From NCBI GenBank assembly GCA_963835065.1, contig CAWIEK010000009.1:32001-96000 (forward strand): 64,000 bases of DNA. The letters are read 5' to 3'. Positions 41,978 through 52,576 of this stretch are shown piece by piece. The notes beneath the pieces are model-generated. The model was not told the DNA's origin, made no database searches, and was given only the letters and a program-made list of their open reading frames with translations. Both the position numbers and the translations under genes were made by a program. Every line of letters begins with the position of its first letter. The first letter of the stretch is position 1. Origin of the DNA: an uncultured Chthonomonadaceae bacterium. GTDB taxonomy: Bacteria; Armatimonadota; Chthonomonadetes; Chthonomonadales; Chthonomonadaceae.

Positions 41978-42304
41978 TTACCGCTTGCGCGGCACGGCTT
42001 TGGTTTGGGGCTGCTTCGATACGGCGGAAACGGCGGCAGGCTTGTTCGGCGTAGATGCCACTGTATTCTTCATGGGCGCGTTGAACGTGAGTTTGCCCCC
42101 TTTCTTTTTCGCCGGGTAGCCCTGCAAAATGCCTTTTTGCGCCAGTTCCGTCACGGCCTGATACGCCCAATGGGTTTTCGGCACGTCGGGAAAGCCTTTG
42201 AAGTCGGCATTTTGCGCCCCTGCCTGAACTGTTGCCGTCGCGCCCAAAACTGCCATCGGCAGCAAAATCGCAAAGCCATATCGTTGCGCTGCAATTCTTT
42301 TCAT
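41978..42304 (-). CDS. Small exported S-layer homology (SLH) domain protein
   Basis: Signal peptide; FPDVPKTHWAYQAVTELAQKGILQGYP. Confidence 0.85.
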   Translation of the reverse strand: MKRIAAQRYGFAILLPMAVLGATATVQAGAQNADFKGFPDVPKTHWAYQAVTELAQKGILQGYPAKKKGGKLTFNAPMKNTVASTPNKPAAVSAVSKQPQTKAVPRKR

Positions 42305-42322
42305 AGTTTGTCCTGCCTTTCT

Positions 42323-43255
42323 TTACTCTAAACTTTTGGTAATAAGCGCGGGAGCGGACTTATCTATGGTTTCCGCCTTGACTGCTTCTTGTAACAACGG
42401 CTGTAAAAGTTGTTCGGTATGTTCTTCTTGCCCGTTTGCTGTTGAACGCAAGAGTTGATCTCCCGCCTCAGAGACGGGTTGCTCTGTACCAAAACCGGGA
42501 CGCAACAGGATTTCAGACGGCGTTGCTGAGAAGGAAGGCCGCAGCAAGACACCGGGGGCATGTTCTGAATGTAAACGTTCTTCAATGCAGAGGACCGTTT
42601 TGTTTGCCATGTCCGCCAGAATACGTGTGTTCTCGTGTTTGAATCGGATGGGCAGACGCATTACCCATCTTTTCAGCATTTTCGAGGTTTGATGCGTTCC
42701 CACTTGCGAAAGAGCAAACAGTAAGCCGCTCGTAAGTTTATCCGGTTCGCCTCCCTTGTTACCATGCTGCTTCCAGCAATGCGAATCAAGCAGCGAAAGC
42801 ATTTGGGTTTGGCGCTCTTGGTTCAGGAGGTCACTGTCCAGCCTATCTACCATTTGCATGAGACTGGCGATTTTGTCTACTTTCACGGAGTATGTTTCTG
42901 GAGAAGCGTGTTGTAACTCCAGCAGCAGAATAGGCAAAACGTCTTTCGTTTCCGCAGAAGAAACTTTAGCAGAGTACCTTTTGATTGCCCTGCTAAAGCA
43001 AGCCTGCAGACAAAGTTGACCGAGGATTGCGCTGCTAACAACAAAGATGGCTAGGTAAAGCAGGGCGTTTGAACCCGCACTACTTGAACGATGGGGAAAC
43101 GTAAATAAGTACAGCAATAGTATGATACATAAGCCAACAAAATTCGCCATAATAGCGTTATTTATACGGTTTATAGTGCAATAGTGTCGGTGGATGCGAC
43201 TTAAACTGATTTCCTCCAAACTATCGCAGGGCTTGTTCTGTTTCCAACGAAGCAC
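42323..43255 (-). CDS. Hypothetical membrane protein with triple LLR C-terminal motif
   Basis: Two TM segments, helical region, LLRP..LLRP..LLRS tail; GAGGAG RBS before GTG; lower GC. Confidence 0.7.
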   Translation of the reverse strand: MLRWKQNKPCDSLEEISLSRIHRHYCTINRINNAIMANFVGLCIILLLYLFTFPHRSSSAGSNALLYLAIFVVSSAILGQLCLQACFSRAIKRYSAKVSSAETKDVLPILLLELQHASPETYSVKVDKIASLMQMVDRLDSDLLNQERQTQMLSLLDSHCWKQHGNKGGEPDKLTSGLLFALSQVGTHQTSKMLKRWVMRLPIRFKHENTRILADMANKTVLCIEERLHSEHAPGVLLRPSFSATPSEILLRPGFGTEQPVSEAGDQLLRSTANGQEEHTEQLLQPLLQEAVKAETIDKSAPALITKSLE

Positions 43256-43265
43256 GGGGTACTCC

Positions 43266-44795
43266 TCACACCGCATGTCCCGTCAGTGGCGGCTGCGCGG
43301 CGGGGCCGAAGCCGACGTTGCGGCGCACTGTTAATGTCACCTGATCGCCGTTGAATTCGCAGACGACGGTTTGTATGTAGGGTGTTTCGTAGAAGCACAG
43401 GGTTGCCGTATAGGTGTTGTCCTGCGTCCACGTTCCGCGCGCCGCCACTTTGTTGGAGACTGCGCCTTCCAGTCGGGCTGTGCCTTTTACCCACTGGCTG
43501 CTTCCGCATGTTACGCGCTGTTCGCCCTTTGCGTCCCGCGTTACCATCTGCCAACCGCTTGCATCGAACGTGAGCGTAAGCGATTCGATTTTCTGCGGGT
43601 TGTCAGCAAATCGGAATGTTTTGCCGGATACGCGGGCGGCAGTGGGCGTTGTCGGCTGTCCCTGTGGAACCGGAATGGCAAGCGCTTTTAGTTTCCGCGC
43701 CAGGTCTTTGTCCCCGTCGCTTTTGGGCAATGGCGTCGGTTGCATCGCGGGCAGCAAATGTTCCCATACGGCGTTGAGGATGGCCTGCATATCGCCCACG
43801 CCGCTGGTGATGGCAAGCACGGCGTCGTGATCCGGCAGGACCACGCAGAACTGGCCGAATGCGCCGTCCCCGCGATAAGCGTTGTGCCGACAGCGCCAGA
43901 ATTGATAGCCGTAGCCCTGACTCCAATCACTGGCCGCGCTCGGATCGCCGTTGGATACCTGCGCATGTGTCGCCTGCTCCACCCAATTTGCGGGCACAAC
44001 CTGCTTCCCGTTCCACTGCCCTTTTTGCAGATACAATTGGCCGAAGCGGGCAATGTCTTCGGTTTTCACGGCCAGGCCCCACCCGCCTGTATTGATGCCT
44101 CTGGGACACGTTTCCCACGTCGGATGTTCAATGCCCAGAGGGACGAACAGGCGCGATGTCAGGTATTCCAGAACGGGTTTCCCGGTCTGCTTCTGCACAA
44201 TGGCGGACAGCATGTACGTGGCCGCGCTGTTGTAAACGAATTTGGAACCCGGCTCGTGTTCGACGGGCAGGGCGAGAAAGCCGCGTACCCAATTACCGTC
44301 CGGCTGCGCGGTTGTCGGGCCGGTGGCATCCTTGTCGTGCCCCGTGTTCATGGTGAGCAGATGCTTTACCCGCATGGCGGCAAGGTTGTCGCTGATAGAC
44401 GCGGGCAGTTGGTCCGGGAAGAAATCCATTATCCTGTCTTCCACGCTCAAATGCCCCTCGCTCACAGCAAATCCAACCGCCGTACTCGTGAAACTCTTGC
44501 TCAGCGAGTACAGCATGTGCGGATAGGAGGGCGCATACGGCTGCCACCACGCTTCCGCCGCCACTTTGCCATGCCGCAGCAGCATCAGGCTGTGCAGCCC
44601 GCCCACTTTGGCGTTCACGGCATCCACAAAGGCGGCAAGGCCATCGGGCGCGATACCCGCCGCTTCCAACCGGACGCGGGGCAGTTTGTCGGCTGCGGCA
44701 GCGGCAGACGCGGGCGCATCGGCAGCCAGCTCTCCCACAGCACACGCGGCGGCGCCCAAAGCAACGCCCTGCAAAAACGTTCGACGGTCAGACAT
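43266..44795 (-). CDS. Tat-exported serine hydrolase (beta-lactamase class C-like family)
   Basis: SDRRTFLQG Tat signal; YSLSKS (SxxK); FVYNS; HLLTMNTG; GYGYQFW. Confidence 0.92.
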   Translation of the reverse strand: MSDRRTFLQGVALGAAACAVGELAADAPASAAAAADKLPRVRLEAAGIAPDGLAAFVDAVNAKVGGLHSLMLLRHGKVAAEAWWQPYAPSYPHMLYSLSKSFTSTAVGFAVSEGHLSVEDRIMDFFPDQLPASISDNLAAMRVKHLLTMNTGHDKDATGPTTAQPDGNWVRGFLALPVEHEPGSKFVYNSAATYMLSAIVQKQTGKPVLEYLTSRLFVPLGIEHPTWETCPRGINTGGWGLAVKTEDIARFGQLYLQKGQWNGKQVVPANWVEQATHAQVSNGDPSAASDWSQGYGYQFWRCRHNAYRGDGAFGQFCVVLPDHDAVLAITSGVGDMQAILNAVWEHLLPAMQPTPLPKSDGDKDLARKLKALAIPVPQGQPTTPTAARVSGKTFRFADNPQKIESLTLTFDASGWQMVTRDAKGEQRVTCGSSQWVKGTARLEGAVSNKVAARGTWTQDNTYTATLCFYETPYIQTVVCEFNGDQVTLTVRRNVGFGPAAQPPLTGHAV

Positions 44796-44824
44796 AGTTG
44801 ATTTATCCTTCATAAAGATTATCT

Positions 44825-44947
44825 CTGCCGGGTACTGAAAGTACCCGGCAGGACAAAACAAGCGTCTTACAGACGCGATTCTCTATTCACAAATTCCTGC
44901 GTCCGTAGGACGGTTGTACTTTCCTGCCGGGTACTTTCAGTACCCGG
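44825..44947. repeat. Pair of REP-like palindromes
   Basis: ctgccgggtactgaaagtacccggcag and cctgccgggtactttcagtacccgg, in inverted orientation. Confidence 0.8.
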
Positions 44948-44955
44948 AACGCAGG

Positions 44956-46131
44956 CTATACAAACGGGACGCTCATGCCGTGATGGGGGCCGGAGGTGTA
45001 TACGTCTATGGCGGCCTGATACACGCGGCGCGTCATGGCGGCGACGCGGGGCCAGGCGTAGCGAGTCGCGTACTTGCGGGCGTTTGCCGCCAGTTTTGTT
45101 TGCCGCTCCGGGCTGTTCAGCAAGGCCAGCAGTTTTGTTCGGTAATCTGTCGCATCGCCCGCCCGAAACAATTCCACGCAGTCCACGCGGTTTGAAATCT
45201 CCTGAAAGCAATCCAGATCGGACGCGAACACCACGCGGCTATGCGATAGTGGCAGGGTCACGGAATACGAACCCGTCGCATAGGTATGCGGCACAAGCGC
45301 AATGTCCGTCGCTTCCATCGCTTCGGCCACATCCTCATCGCTCAGATACCCGGTCAGAACCACGCGCTGCTTTTGCCCCGAACGCTCTACCGCCTGCCGA
45401 ACCGTTTCCGCGTAGGGCGCTTCGCTTTCATTCCTTGCGCCCCCCGCGATTACCAATGTCACGTCTTCGGGCAGCCCCGCCAGTACCTCCAAACTCAATT
45501 CATAGCCTTTATTGGGCGTCACGTAGCCAAAAATGGTCAGGACGCGCTTGCCGTGCAGCCCGAACCGCTCCCGGAACGCTTTGCCGCCCGATGGGGCAGG
45601 CAGGGGCGCGGGTACTCCCGTCGGCACAATGGTCACATAGCCGGGTTTTGCGCCCCGCGCAATCAGTTCGTTGCGGGCCGCGGTGGTATGCACAATCGTA
45701 ATCGCAGTCGTGAACGGCGCGGTTTCCACGCTGTCGCGGTAGCCCTGATTGCGCACCAGCAATTGCTTGGCAAGCCACTTATGCGGACGCCGCTCCTGTT
45801 TCAGTTTCAGCAGATCGGCCAGCGTGGTTGTCGTGTGCGCGGTCAGCACGACGGGCTTGGTAAGCAGATAGCGCATCTCCCAAAAGGCGGACGCGCGGGG
45901 CATGATGCCGCCCCAAAAACTGTGTTCGTGCTGAATATGCACCACATCTACATCGGCGTGGTTGAGCAATTCGGCCTGCTCCCGATAATGCACAATCGGC
46001 TGACGCCCTTCTTCAATCGGCACGACCTGTATTTCCGTATCGGGAACCTGTTCAAACCCTTCCACCAGCGCCCTTGTGTACGCGGCAATCCCGCAGCGCG
46101 GCCCCACCGTCGTCAGCATCGCTACTTTCAT
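44956..46131 (-). CDS. Glycosyltransferase family 4
   Basis: CGIAAYT, VVHIQHE, FGYVTPNKG, GT-B C-terminal pattern. Confidence 0.9.
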   Translation of the reverse strand: MKVAMLTTVGPRCGIAAYTRALVEGFEQVPDTEIQVVPIEEGRQPIVHYREQAELLNHADVDVVHIQHEHSFWGGIMPRASAFWEMRYLLTKPVVLTAHTTTTLADLLKLKQERRPHKWLAKQLLVRNQGYRDSVETAPFTTAITIVHTTAARNELIARGAKPGYVTIVPTGVPAPLPAPSGGKAFRERFGLHGKRVLTIFGYVTPNKGYELSLEVLAGLPEDVTLVIAGGARNESEAPYAETVRQAVERSGQKQRVVLTGYLSDEDVAEAMEATDIALVPHTYATGSYSVTLPLSHSRVVFASDLDCFQEISNRVDCVELFRAGDATDYRTKLLALLNSPERQTKLAANARKYATRYAWPRVAAMTRRVYQAAIDVYTSGPHHGMSVPFV

Positions 46132-46287
46132 CGTAACCGCCGTATTTTCCTATCCCGCCCGGAAGCAGCCGGAGCCGGAATACGTTCTACAGGGAACTTG
46201 TCCCAACCATAATTCAACCTTGCGCCCACTTGCGCTCCCCGCCCCGTTCCGATTATAATAGGCCAATGTCTGCCACCGGGAGTTTTC

Positions 46288-47022
46288 ATGAGCCTGATTA
46301 AGCGCGTCAATCGTCGTTTGCGTGGAGAGTTAATGCCGCCCCTTCCGTTCGACAGCGACGAACATCTGTCCACGTATCTGTTTCCTTTGTATGACGAACC
46401 GCATCAGCCCTCACAACGCCTGATTGACACAATGCTGGCCTGTGTCCGCGAAGTGCCGCAGATTGACTTGGCCGATATAGCCGTTCGCCCGGCAATCAAC
46501 TCGCGCCGGTTCCTGCAATGGCCGGGCGAACATTACAAATTGCTTGCCGGTATGATGGTCGCGCTTCAGCCCCGCAGCGTCGTTGAAATCGGAACGCATA
46601 CCGGCTGGTCCGCTCTCGCCATGAAGAAGTACCTTCCCCCGAACAGCCGCATCAGCACCTTCGACATCAACGCATGGAACGCGCTTACCGACACGGCCCT
46701 GACCCCTGCCGATTTTGCCGACGGGCAACTTGTCCAGCATTTGGATGACCTTGCCAATCCCGCTGTTGTCGCCAAACACCGCGACCTGCTGGCAAACGCC
46801 GACCTGATCTTTATGGACGGCCCGCACGACGGCCCAACGGAAGTAAAAATGATGGCAAACTTCCAGGCGGTTCCGTTCGCCAACAATCCCCTGCTCGTTT
46901 TCGACGACATTCGTATGCACGAACTGCTCAAATTCTGGCGCGACCTTGCCCTGCCCAAAATGGATATTACTTCCTTCGGCCATTGGAGCGGAACCGGCCT
47001 CGCGGAATGGAAACTTGGGTAG
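46288..47022 (+). CDS. Class I SAM-dependent methyltransferase
   Basis: VVEIGTHTGWS, DLIFMDGPHDG, VFDDI, GHWSGTG. Confidence 0.85.
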   Translation: MSLIKRVNRRLRGELMPPLPFDSDEHLSTYLFPLYDEPHQPSQRLIDTMLACVREVPQIDLADIAVRPAINSRRFLQWPGEHYKLLAGMMVALQPRSVVEIGTHTGWSALAMKKYLPPNSRISTFDINAWNALTDTALTPADFADGQLVQHLDDLANPAVVAKHRDLLANADLIFMDGPHDGPTEVKMMANFQAVPFANNPLLVFDDIRMHELLKFWRDLALPKMDITSFGHWSGTGLAEWKLG

Positions 47023-47130
47023 GTGTTCAGGTATTCAGGTGTTCAGGTGTTCGGGTCAATGCAAAAGTACCGAAGTTTAATTTACCGCGATAAGGCAATA
47101 ACCTGAATACCTGAACACCTGAATACTCGA

Positions 47131-48024
47131 TTACCGTATCAATTTTCGGGCGCGGAGTTGACGCTTCACCGCCACGCCCAGGTGCAGCAATTCGTTTTTC
47201 GCCAGTCCCATGCCTACTACGCCGAACATCGCCGTCCTTGCGCCCATCCCCGCCGTCTTACGGTAGTACACCAACGCGCTCTTGAACAAACGGGCGGTCA
47301 TGGCGCGGTTTTGCTGCCGGACGCTGCCCATCCAGTGATGCACAATCCGCGCTTCGGGCAGGTAGACCACTTTGTACCCCGCCTTGCGAATTCGCCAGCA
47401 CCATTCGATTTCCTCATAAAACATGAAAAAATCTTCGTCCAGCATCCCCACTTTATCCATGATAGCGTGGGGAACCATCATACATGCGCCCGACACCTGA
47501 TCCGTTTCCCAAGTCTCGTCAAAATCTTCCCGGCCATACTCATAGTTACGATCATACGCGCGCCGGTTCAGCCGACGCAACCCTGAATGACCGATAAATT
47601 CGCGCCAGGGCGTTGGGAACGGGCGTCCGTTGTGCTGAAGCGAACCGTCTGTGTTGAGCAGTTTGGGGCCAACCGCGCCCACATCCGGGTGTGTGTCCAG
47701 ATACCCCACCATGCGCGTCAGCGATTCCGGTTCCGCTTCCGTGTCCGGGTTCAAAATCACGACATGCCGCCCCTTAGACTGCCGCAACGCCTGATTGTTG
47801 GCGCGGGCAAAGCCGGGATTATCTGCATTGGCAATCAGCTTCACATGAGGAAATTCTGCCGCCACCATGCCCGCGCTGTCATCCGGCGAATGGTTGTCCA
47901 CCACCCAAACCTCAGAACAAATGTCTTCTGTAGCAGTAGGCAACGCGGTCAAACACGCGCGCAGCATGTCGCGCGTGTTGTAGCTGACAATCACAATGGA
48001 CAAATCCACATCCACTCCACTCAT
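47131..48024 (-). CDS. Glycosyltransferase family 2
   Basis: SIVIVSYN, VVDNHSPD, NPGFARANN, LNPD, SGACMM, FFMFYEE. Confidence 0.93.
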   Translation of the reverse strand: MSGVDVDLSIVIVSYNTRDMLRACLTALPTATEDICSEVWVVDNHSPDDSAGMVAAEFPHVKLIANADNPGFARANNQALRQSKGRHVVILNPDTEAEPESLTRMVGYLDTHPDVGAVGPKLLNTDGSLQHNGRPFPTPWREFIGHSGLRRLNRRAYDRNYEYGREDFDETWETDQVSGACMMVPHAIMDKVGMLDEDFFMFYEEIEWCWRIRKAGYKVVYLPEARIVHHWMGSVRQQNRAMTARLFKSALVYYRKTAGMGARTAMFGVVGMGLAKNELLHLGVAVKRQLRARKLIR

Positions 48025-48141
48025 ATCCTATTGTACAACATTCAAGAAAAGGAGAAAAGAAGAAAAGGAGAAAAGGAGAGTTCGACATGAATCTTTTCTC
48101 CCCCTCTCCTCTTCTCCCCTTCTCCTTTTCTTCTTTTCTTC

Positions 48142-50988
48142 CTAACCCGTATTGCGCAGGCCGGCGGAAATGCCGTTGATGGTGGCGGCGAGGGCGTAGT
48201 TGAGTTCGTCGGACTCTTCGCCCTGCCGCTTGCGGCGCAGCAGGTCGAGTTGTATCAGGCTCATCGGGTCTATGTAGGGGTTGCGCAGGCGGATGCTTTC
48301 CGCCAGCATCGTACTGGCTTCCAGCAGTTCCGTTTGCCCCGTAATGCGCAAGAGTACGCGCTTTGTCCGCTCGAACTCCTCACTGATCATCGTGAACACG
48401 CGCTCCCGAACGCCCGCATCGGCCACCAGATCGGCGTACCGACGCGCAATCGTCAAATCCGCTTTTGCCAGCCCGGTTTCCACGTTGCGGATCATGTCTT
48501 CAAACAGGGGGAATTTGCGCAGCATGGTTTGCAGCACGGCTTCATGCGCGGGGTCGGCGTTGAGAAAGCGCTCCACCGCGTACCCGACGCCGAAATAGCC
48601 GGGCAAAACGTGCCGCGACTGCATCCAGCCGAACACCCAGGGAATAGCGCGTAAATCTTCCAAGCCGCGCTTTTGGCTGCGCCGGGTGGGACGCGACCCG
48701 ATGCGCGCGTGTTCCAGTTCCCCAACGGGCGTGGCTTCCTCGAAATAGGGCAGAATGTCCGGGTTTTCCGCGACATTGGCGCGGTAGAACTGAAACGCTT
48801 CCTCGGACATGCCATTCAGCGCGGCTTCCCACTCCGGTTCGATGTTTGCGCCCCACCCGCCTGCCCGCGTCAGGGCTTCCAGCGAGGCGGCGACCATCAA
48901 TTCCAGATTGCGCTCGGCAATCACGCCGTCCGCGAATTTCCAGTTGAGAACTTCCCCCTGTTCGGTTATTTTCAGCGGGCCGTCAAACGAGTTGGGCGGC
49001 TGCGCGGCAATGGCGCGGTGCGTCGGTCCCCCGCCACGCCCCACCGTGCCGCCGCGTCCGTGAAACAAGCGCAGTTTGACATTGCACTCCCGCGCCACGT
49101 CGTGCAGGGCGCGGTGCGCCTTGAAAATCTCCCACGTGCTTGTCAGCATCCCGCCGTCTTTGTTGCTGTCGGAATAGCCCAGCATTACTTCCTGCATTCT
49201 GCCCCATGAATTCAGCAGAGGCGCGTAACTTTCCGACTGCCATAAAGCGCGGCAGATTTCGGGACAGTTGCGCAGGTCTTCGATGCTTTCAAACAGGGGC
49301 ACAGGCATGATGCCGGGATCGCTGCCGTCTTCACTCGCGGCCACGCACACGCCGTTGGACTGGAGCAGCCACACAAGAGAAAGCATGTCGTCTACGCCCG
49401 TCGTGCCGCTGATGATATAGGTTCGGATGGACTGCGGCGGAAACTGCCGCTTGATGTCGGCCAGAGCGCGCATCGTTTCCATTAGCTGCGTGGTTTCCGG
49501 GGCGGGCGCGGGCGGCACAACAATGGATTCCCCGGTTCCGATTTGCGCTCCGGTTGCCAGGTCGCGCATCGCCTGCGCGTGGATTTTGGCGTGTTGGCGA
49601 ATGTCAAGCGTATGCAGATGAAACCCGAACGCCCGCACCTGCCGCAAAAGCGGATCAATCAGCAGGCGGGCAAGCCGCGCGCCCCGATGGGCGGTCAGGC
49701 TGTTGCGTACCAGATTCAGGTCGGCGGCAAAGGCTTCCGCGTTGGCATAGGCGTGAAGGGTGTCGCGCAGGTTGGCCGCGTCCTGCGGTTCCAAACTGCT
49801 TTTCAGGCGGAAGAGGACATACGCGAGAAAGCCGCGATAACTCTCATCCGTAGACTTGGTGCGGAATTGCGCTTCGTCCAGCCGGATGCTTTGCGCGTAA
49901 TCGGCAAGCGCCGCCAGCAGTTCATCCGAAACCGTCACCTGTTTTGCGGAAGAACTGAGCTGCTCGATAACATCGGCAACGCCGTGAATGTAATGCGAAA
50001 CAATGGTTTTCCGCGCCAGAAGCAGGGCACTGCGCGTCGTGTCGGGCGTGACGAAGGGGTTGCCGTCCCGGTCGCCGCCGATCCACGAGCCGAAGCGCAG
50101 CACGTCCGGCAGTTGTTCGGGCGTCAGCGGCATATTGTAAACCGTGTGAAAGGCGTCGGCAAAGGTTTCGTACAAACGCGGCAGGCTGGCAATCAGGGCG
50201 TTGGGATAATAGTCCAATCCCATACGGATTTCGTCGCGCACGGTAGGGGCGCGTCGCCTTACTTCATCCGTCTGCCATAGCGCGGTAATATCCCCCGCCA
50301 TAATGTTCTCGCGCTCCCGCGCTTCCAGATCGGTCAGCGGCAGCCAGTCCAGCCGTTCGATCTGATCGGCGATCCGCCGCCGCTTGAACAGAACCGTGCG
50401 TCGCGCCACTTCCGTCGGGTGCGCGGTAAACGTCGGCACAACCTCAATACGCCCAAAGATCTCCAGCGCCTGCTGCGCGTCAATGCCGTGCCGACACAAC
50501 CTTTGCAGCGTTCCCAGCATGGAACCCGGCTGCGGCTTGCGGTCAGGGTTGACCAATGCCGCCCGCAGCCGCCGCTTGCGGTGATTGGCTTCCGCCAGAT
50601 TGGTCAACTCAAAATAAATCGAAAACGCTTTGGTAACGCAGTACGCATCGTCCACGCTCAATTGCCGGATACGGTGTTCCAGGTTAAGGGTTGAGGGCGA
50701 AGAAAGTGATGAATGATGAGTGCTGAGTGATGAATGGGAATTCAATTCATCATTCATCATTCCGCGTTCATCATTTCCCCTGTATTCGATTGCCAGCCGC
50801 CGCAGGGTTTCGACGGTTTCAAAGAGTTCCGTGCCGCCCTGTTCCTGCAGGACTTCGCCTAACAGCCTGCCCAGGGAGCGCACGTCGCGGCGCAGGGGCG
50901 CTTCTTTCTCGTTGGGCGCGGTGGTAATCAATTCCTGCAAACGCGCGATTTGTTCCGTACTCGCCCACAAAGGCTGTTGCTCTGTCAT
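48142..50988 (-). CDS. ppc: Phosphoenolpyruvate carboxylase
   Basis: FTAHPTE, SWIGGDRDGNP, QEVMLGYSDSNKDGG, FHGRGGTVGRGGGP, LRAIPWVFGW, LRNTG. Confidence 0.98.
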   Translation of the reverse strand: MTEQQPLWASTEQIARLQELITTAPNEKEAPLRRDVRSLGRLLGEVLQEQGGTELFETVETLRRLAIEYRGNDERGMMNDELNSHSSLSTHHSSLSSPSTLNLEHRIRQLSVDDAYCVTKAFSIYFELTNLAEANHRKRRLRAALVNPDRKPQPGSMLGTLQRLCRHGIDAQQALEIFGRIEVVPTFTAHPTEVARRTVLFKRRRIADQIERLDWLPLTDLEARERENIMAGDITALWQTDEVRRRAPTVRDEIRMGLDYYPNALIASLPRLYETFADAFHTVYNMPLTPEQLPDVLRFGSWIGGDRDGNPFVTPDTTRSALLLARKTIVSHYIHGVADVIEQLSSSAKQVTVSDELLAALADYAQSIRLDEAQFRTKSTDESYRGFLAYVLFRLKSSLEPQDAANLRDTLHAYANAEAFAADLNLVRNSLTAHRGARLARLLIDPLLRQVRAFGFHLHTLDIRQHAKIHAQAMRDLATGAQIGTGESIVVPPAPAPETTQLMETMRALADIKRQFPPQSIRTYIISGTTGVDDMLSLVWLLQSNGVCVAASEDGSDPGIMPVPLFESIEDLRNCPEICRALWQSESYAPLLNSWGRMQEVMLGYSDSNKDGGMLTSTWEIFKAHRALHDVARECNVKLRLFHGRGGTVGRGGGPTHRAIAAQPPNSFDGPLKITEQGEVLNWKFADGVIAERNLELMVAASLEALTRAGGWGANIEPEWEAALNGMSEEAFQFYRANVAENPDILPYFEEATPVGELEHARIGSRPTRRSQKRGLEDLRAIPWVFGWMQSRHVLPGYFGVGYAVERFLNADPAHEAVLQTMLRKFPLFEDMIRNVETGLAKADLTIARRYADLVADAGVRERVFTMISEEFERTKRVLLRITGQTELLEASTMLAESIRLRNPYIDPMSLIQLDLLRRKRQGEESDELNYALAATINGISAGLRNTG

Positions 50989-51100
50989 TCGTACCCCCCA
51001 CGTCTGCTCTCATGGATAATGTTGTTTATACGCGGAACATTTGCGATTGTTCGGAGGCTATGTCATTTTCACTTAATCCTGCGCGCCGATGCCGCAGGTA

Positions 51101-51129
51101 TTGACAATCGAACAAATATAACTTACAAT
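51101..51129 (+). promoter_or_regulatory. Sigma70 promoter
   Basis: TTGACA-17 nt-TACAAT upstream of the gene at 51192. Confidence 0.7.
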
Positions 51130-51191
51130 AAATATCTCACTTACCTACAAATGAGTTACGCAGTTTCTACGTCGCATTGAAAGGAGCCGTC

Positions 51192-52211
51192 ATGAGCGAA
51201 GAGGAAGAAGGGGCGGGAGGCATCGAGATTACCGACTCCGTGATTATGAACTCGGAAGTCACCTCATCGGAAAAGTCGGGATTCGCGCCTTTTCTGGAAG
51301 CGACGCGGCAGGCTTCAGACCGTTCGCGGTTTATGATCTACCTGATTCTGGTGGCCGTTGTCGCCAGTTTCGGCGTATATCGTTCCGGGCGCGCGCCGGG
51401 ATGGAACAGCAAGCGTATTGCCTTCTACAGCAAAGTGTCCGGCTGCTACAAGCCCGGATGGGAACACTCGCAGGACCCGGACTGCGCGTACATCTACCGC
51501 TATCGTCAGGAACTTGGCGTACCACTGCCAAAAAACTTCGACAAGGATACGGCGGAAGCGGTTGCCAAGACTTACGAGAAGCAGCGCGACGAGGCTATCA
51601 AGGCCCGCCAGGAAGCGCTGACCATCAGCGTCCCCATTCTGGGCGCGAAATTCGACATCAACGATTTAGGGATGGTCAGCGGGGCGGCATTGATGGCGTT
51701 GCTGTTCATGCTGTACGCTTCCGCGCAGCGCGAGTCCCAAAACTTACGCATTGCGATGGACAAGGCGCGCACGTCTACCGATCTGGTACTGCTGGAATCC
51801 ACGCAGGTGTTTTCTTCAGCGAACCATAACAACGCGCTCGCCGAGATCGTTACCGCCGTGCTGTACGCCCTACCCGTGTTGATTTTAGCCGTGATAGATC
51901 GTTACAACTTTGTTCGGCGCGTCAACAGCATTTTCCTGCAGGGATCACTTGCCTTCTATATGGAATACGCTTTGAAGCTGCTGCTGACGGCAGCGACAGC
52001 GCGGGGCGCGTATCTGTGCTGGCACGAATCGAGAGCGATTAACCGGCAATTAGATGACCTGCGTACCAAAGAAACGAAACTCCGGGCAGAAGAGGCGAAA
52101 GCAACGCAGGATAAAGAGCGGGAGCGCGCGCAAAAGCAGCAAGGCGCGTCCCTCGCTCACACTCCGGCGCAGCAAAACGGAACATCGCAACAACCGTCGG
52201 TAACAAACTGA
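51192..52211 (+). CDS. Hypothetical multi-pass membrane protein
   Basis: AAGGAG RBS; about 4 TM segments; coiled-coil tail. Confidence 0.75.
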   Translation: MSEEEEGAGGIEITDSVIMNSEVTSSEKSGFAPFLEATRQASDRSRFMIYLILVAVVASFGVYRSGRAPGWNSKRIAFYSKVSGCYKPGWEHSQDPDCAYIYRYRQELGVPLPKNFDKDTAEAVAKTYEKQRDEAIKARQEALTISVPILGAKFDINDLGMVSGAALMALLFMLYASAQRESQNLRIAMDKARTSTDLVLLESTQVFSSANHNNALAEIVTAVLYALPVLILAVIDRYNFVRRVNSIFLQGSLAFYMEYALKLLLTAATARGAYLCWHESRAINRQLDDLRTKETKLRAEEAKATQDKERERAQKQQGASLAHTPAQQNGTSQQPSVTN

Positions 52212-52300
52212 AAACATCATTCCAACAATGGCCTGAGCAGGAATAGCCATTCTTATGCGGAACTCTATAAAAGGCAACTTGGAAGATGAGGAGGAATACG

Positions 52301-52546
52301 GTGCATCAAATTTCGCTTGAAGACGCCGCCGCGCGTCTGCCGCAACTTGTGGCTGAAGCCGGGAACGGTGAAGACGTTGTGCTAACGCAAAACAATCAGC
52401 CTGTCGCCCGGTTGATTCCGGTTGCGCCTGCCGTGTCGCGCCCACGCCGGGAACCCGGCAGCGCTAAAGGCATTATTCTGCACATTGCGGATGATTTCGC
52501 CGCGACGCCGGAAGAATTTGAGGCGTATCTTGGACGTGCCTGCTAA
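52301..52546 (+). CDS. Type II antitoxin, Phd/YefM (prevent-host-death) with DUF2281-like tail
   Basis: EDAAARLPQLV..GEDVVLT..PVARLIP; GSAKG..IADDFAATPEEFEAY; GAGGAGG RBS. Confidence 0.85.
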   Translation: MHQISLEDAAARLPQLVAEAGNGEDVVLTQNNQPVARLIPVAPAVSRPRREPGSAKGIILHIADDFAATPEEFEAYLGRAC

Positions 52547-52576
52547 CAGCGTACAGCGTTTGTGGTAATGTTGTAT

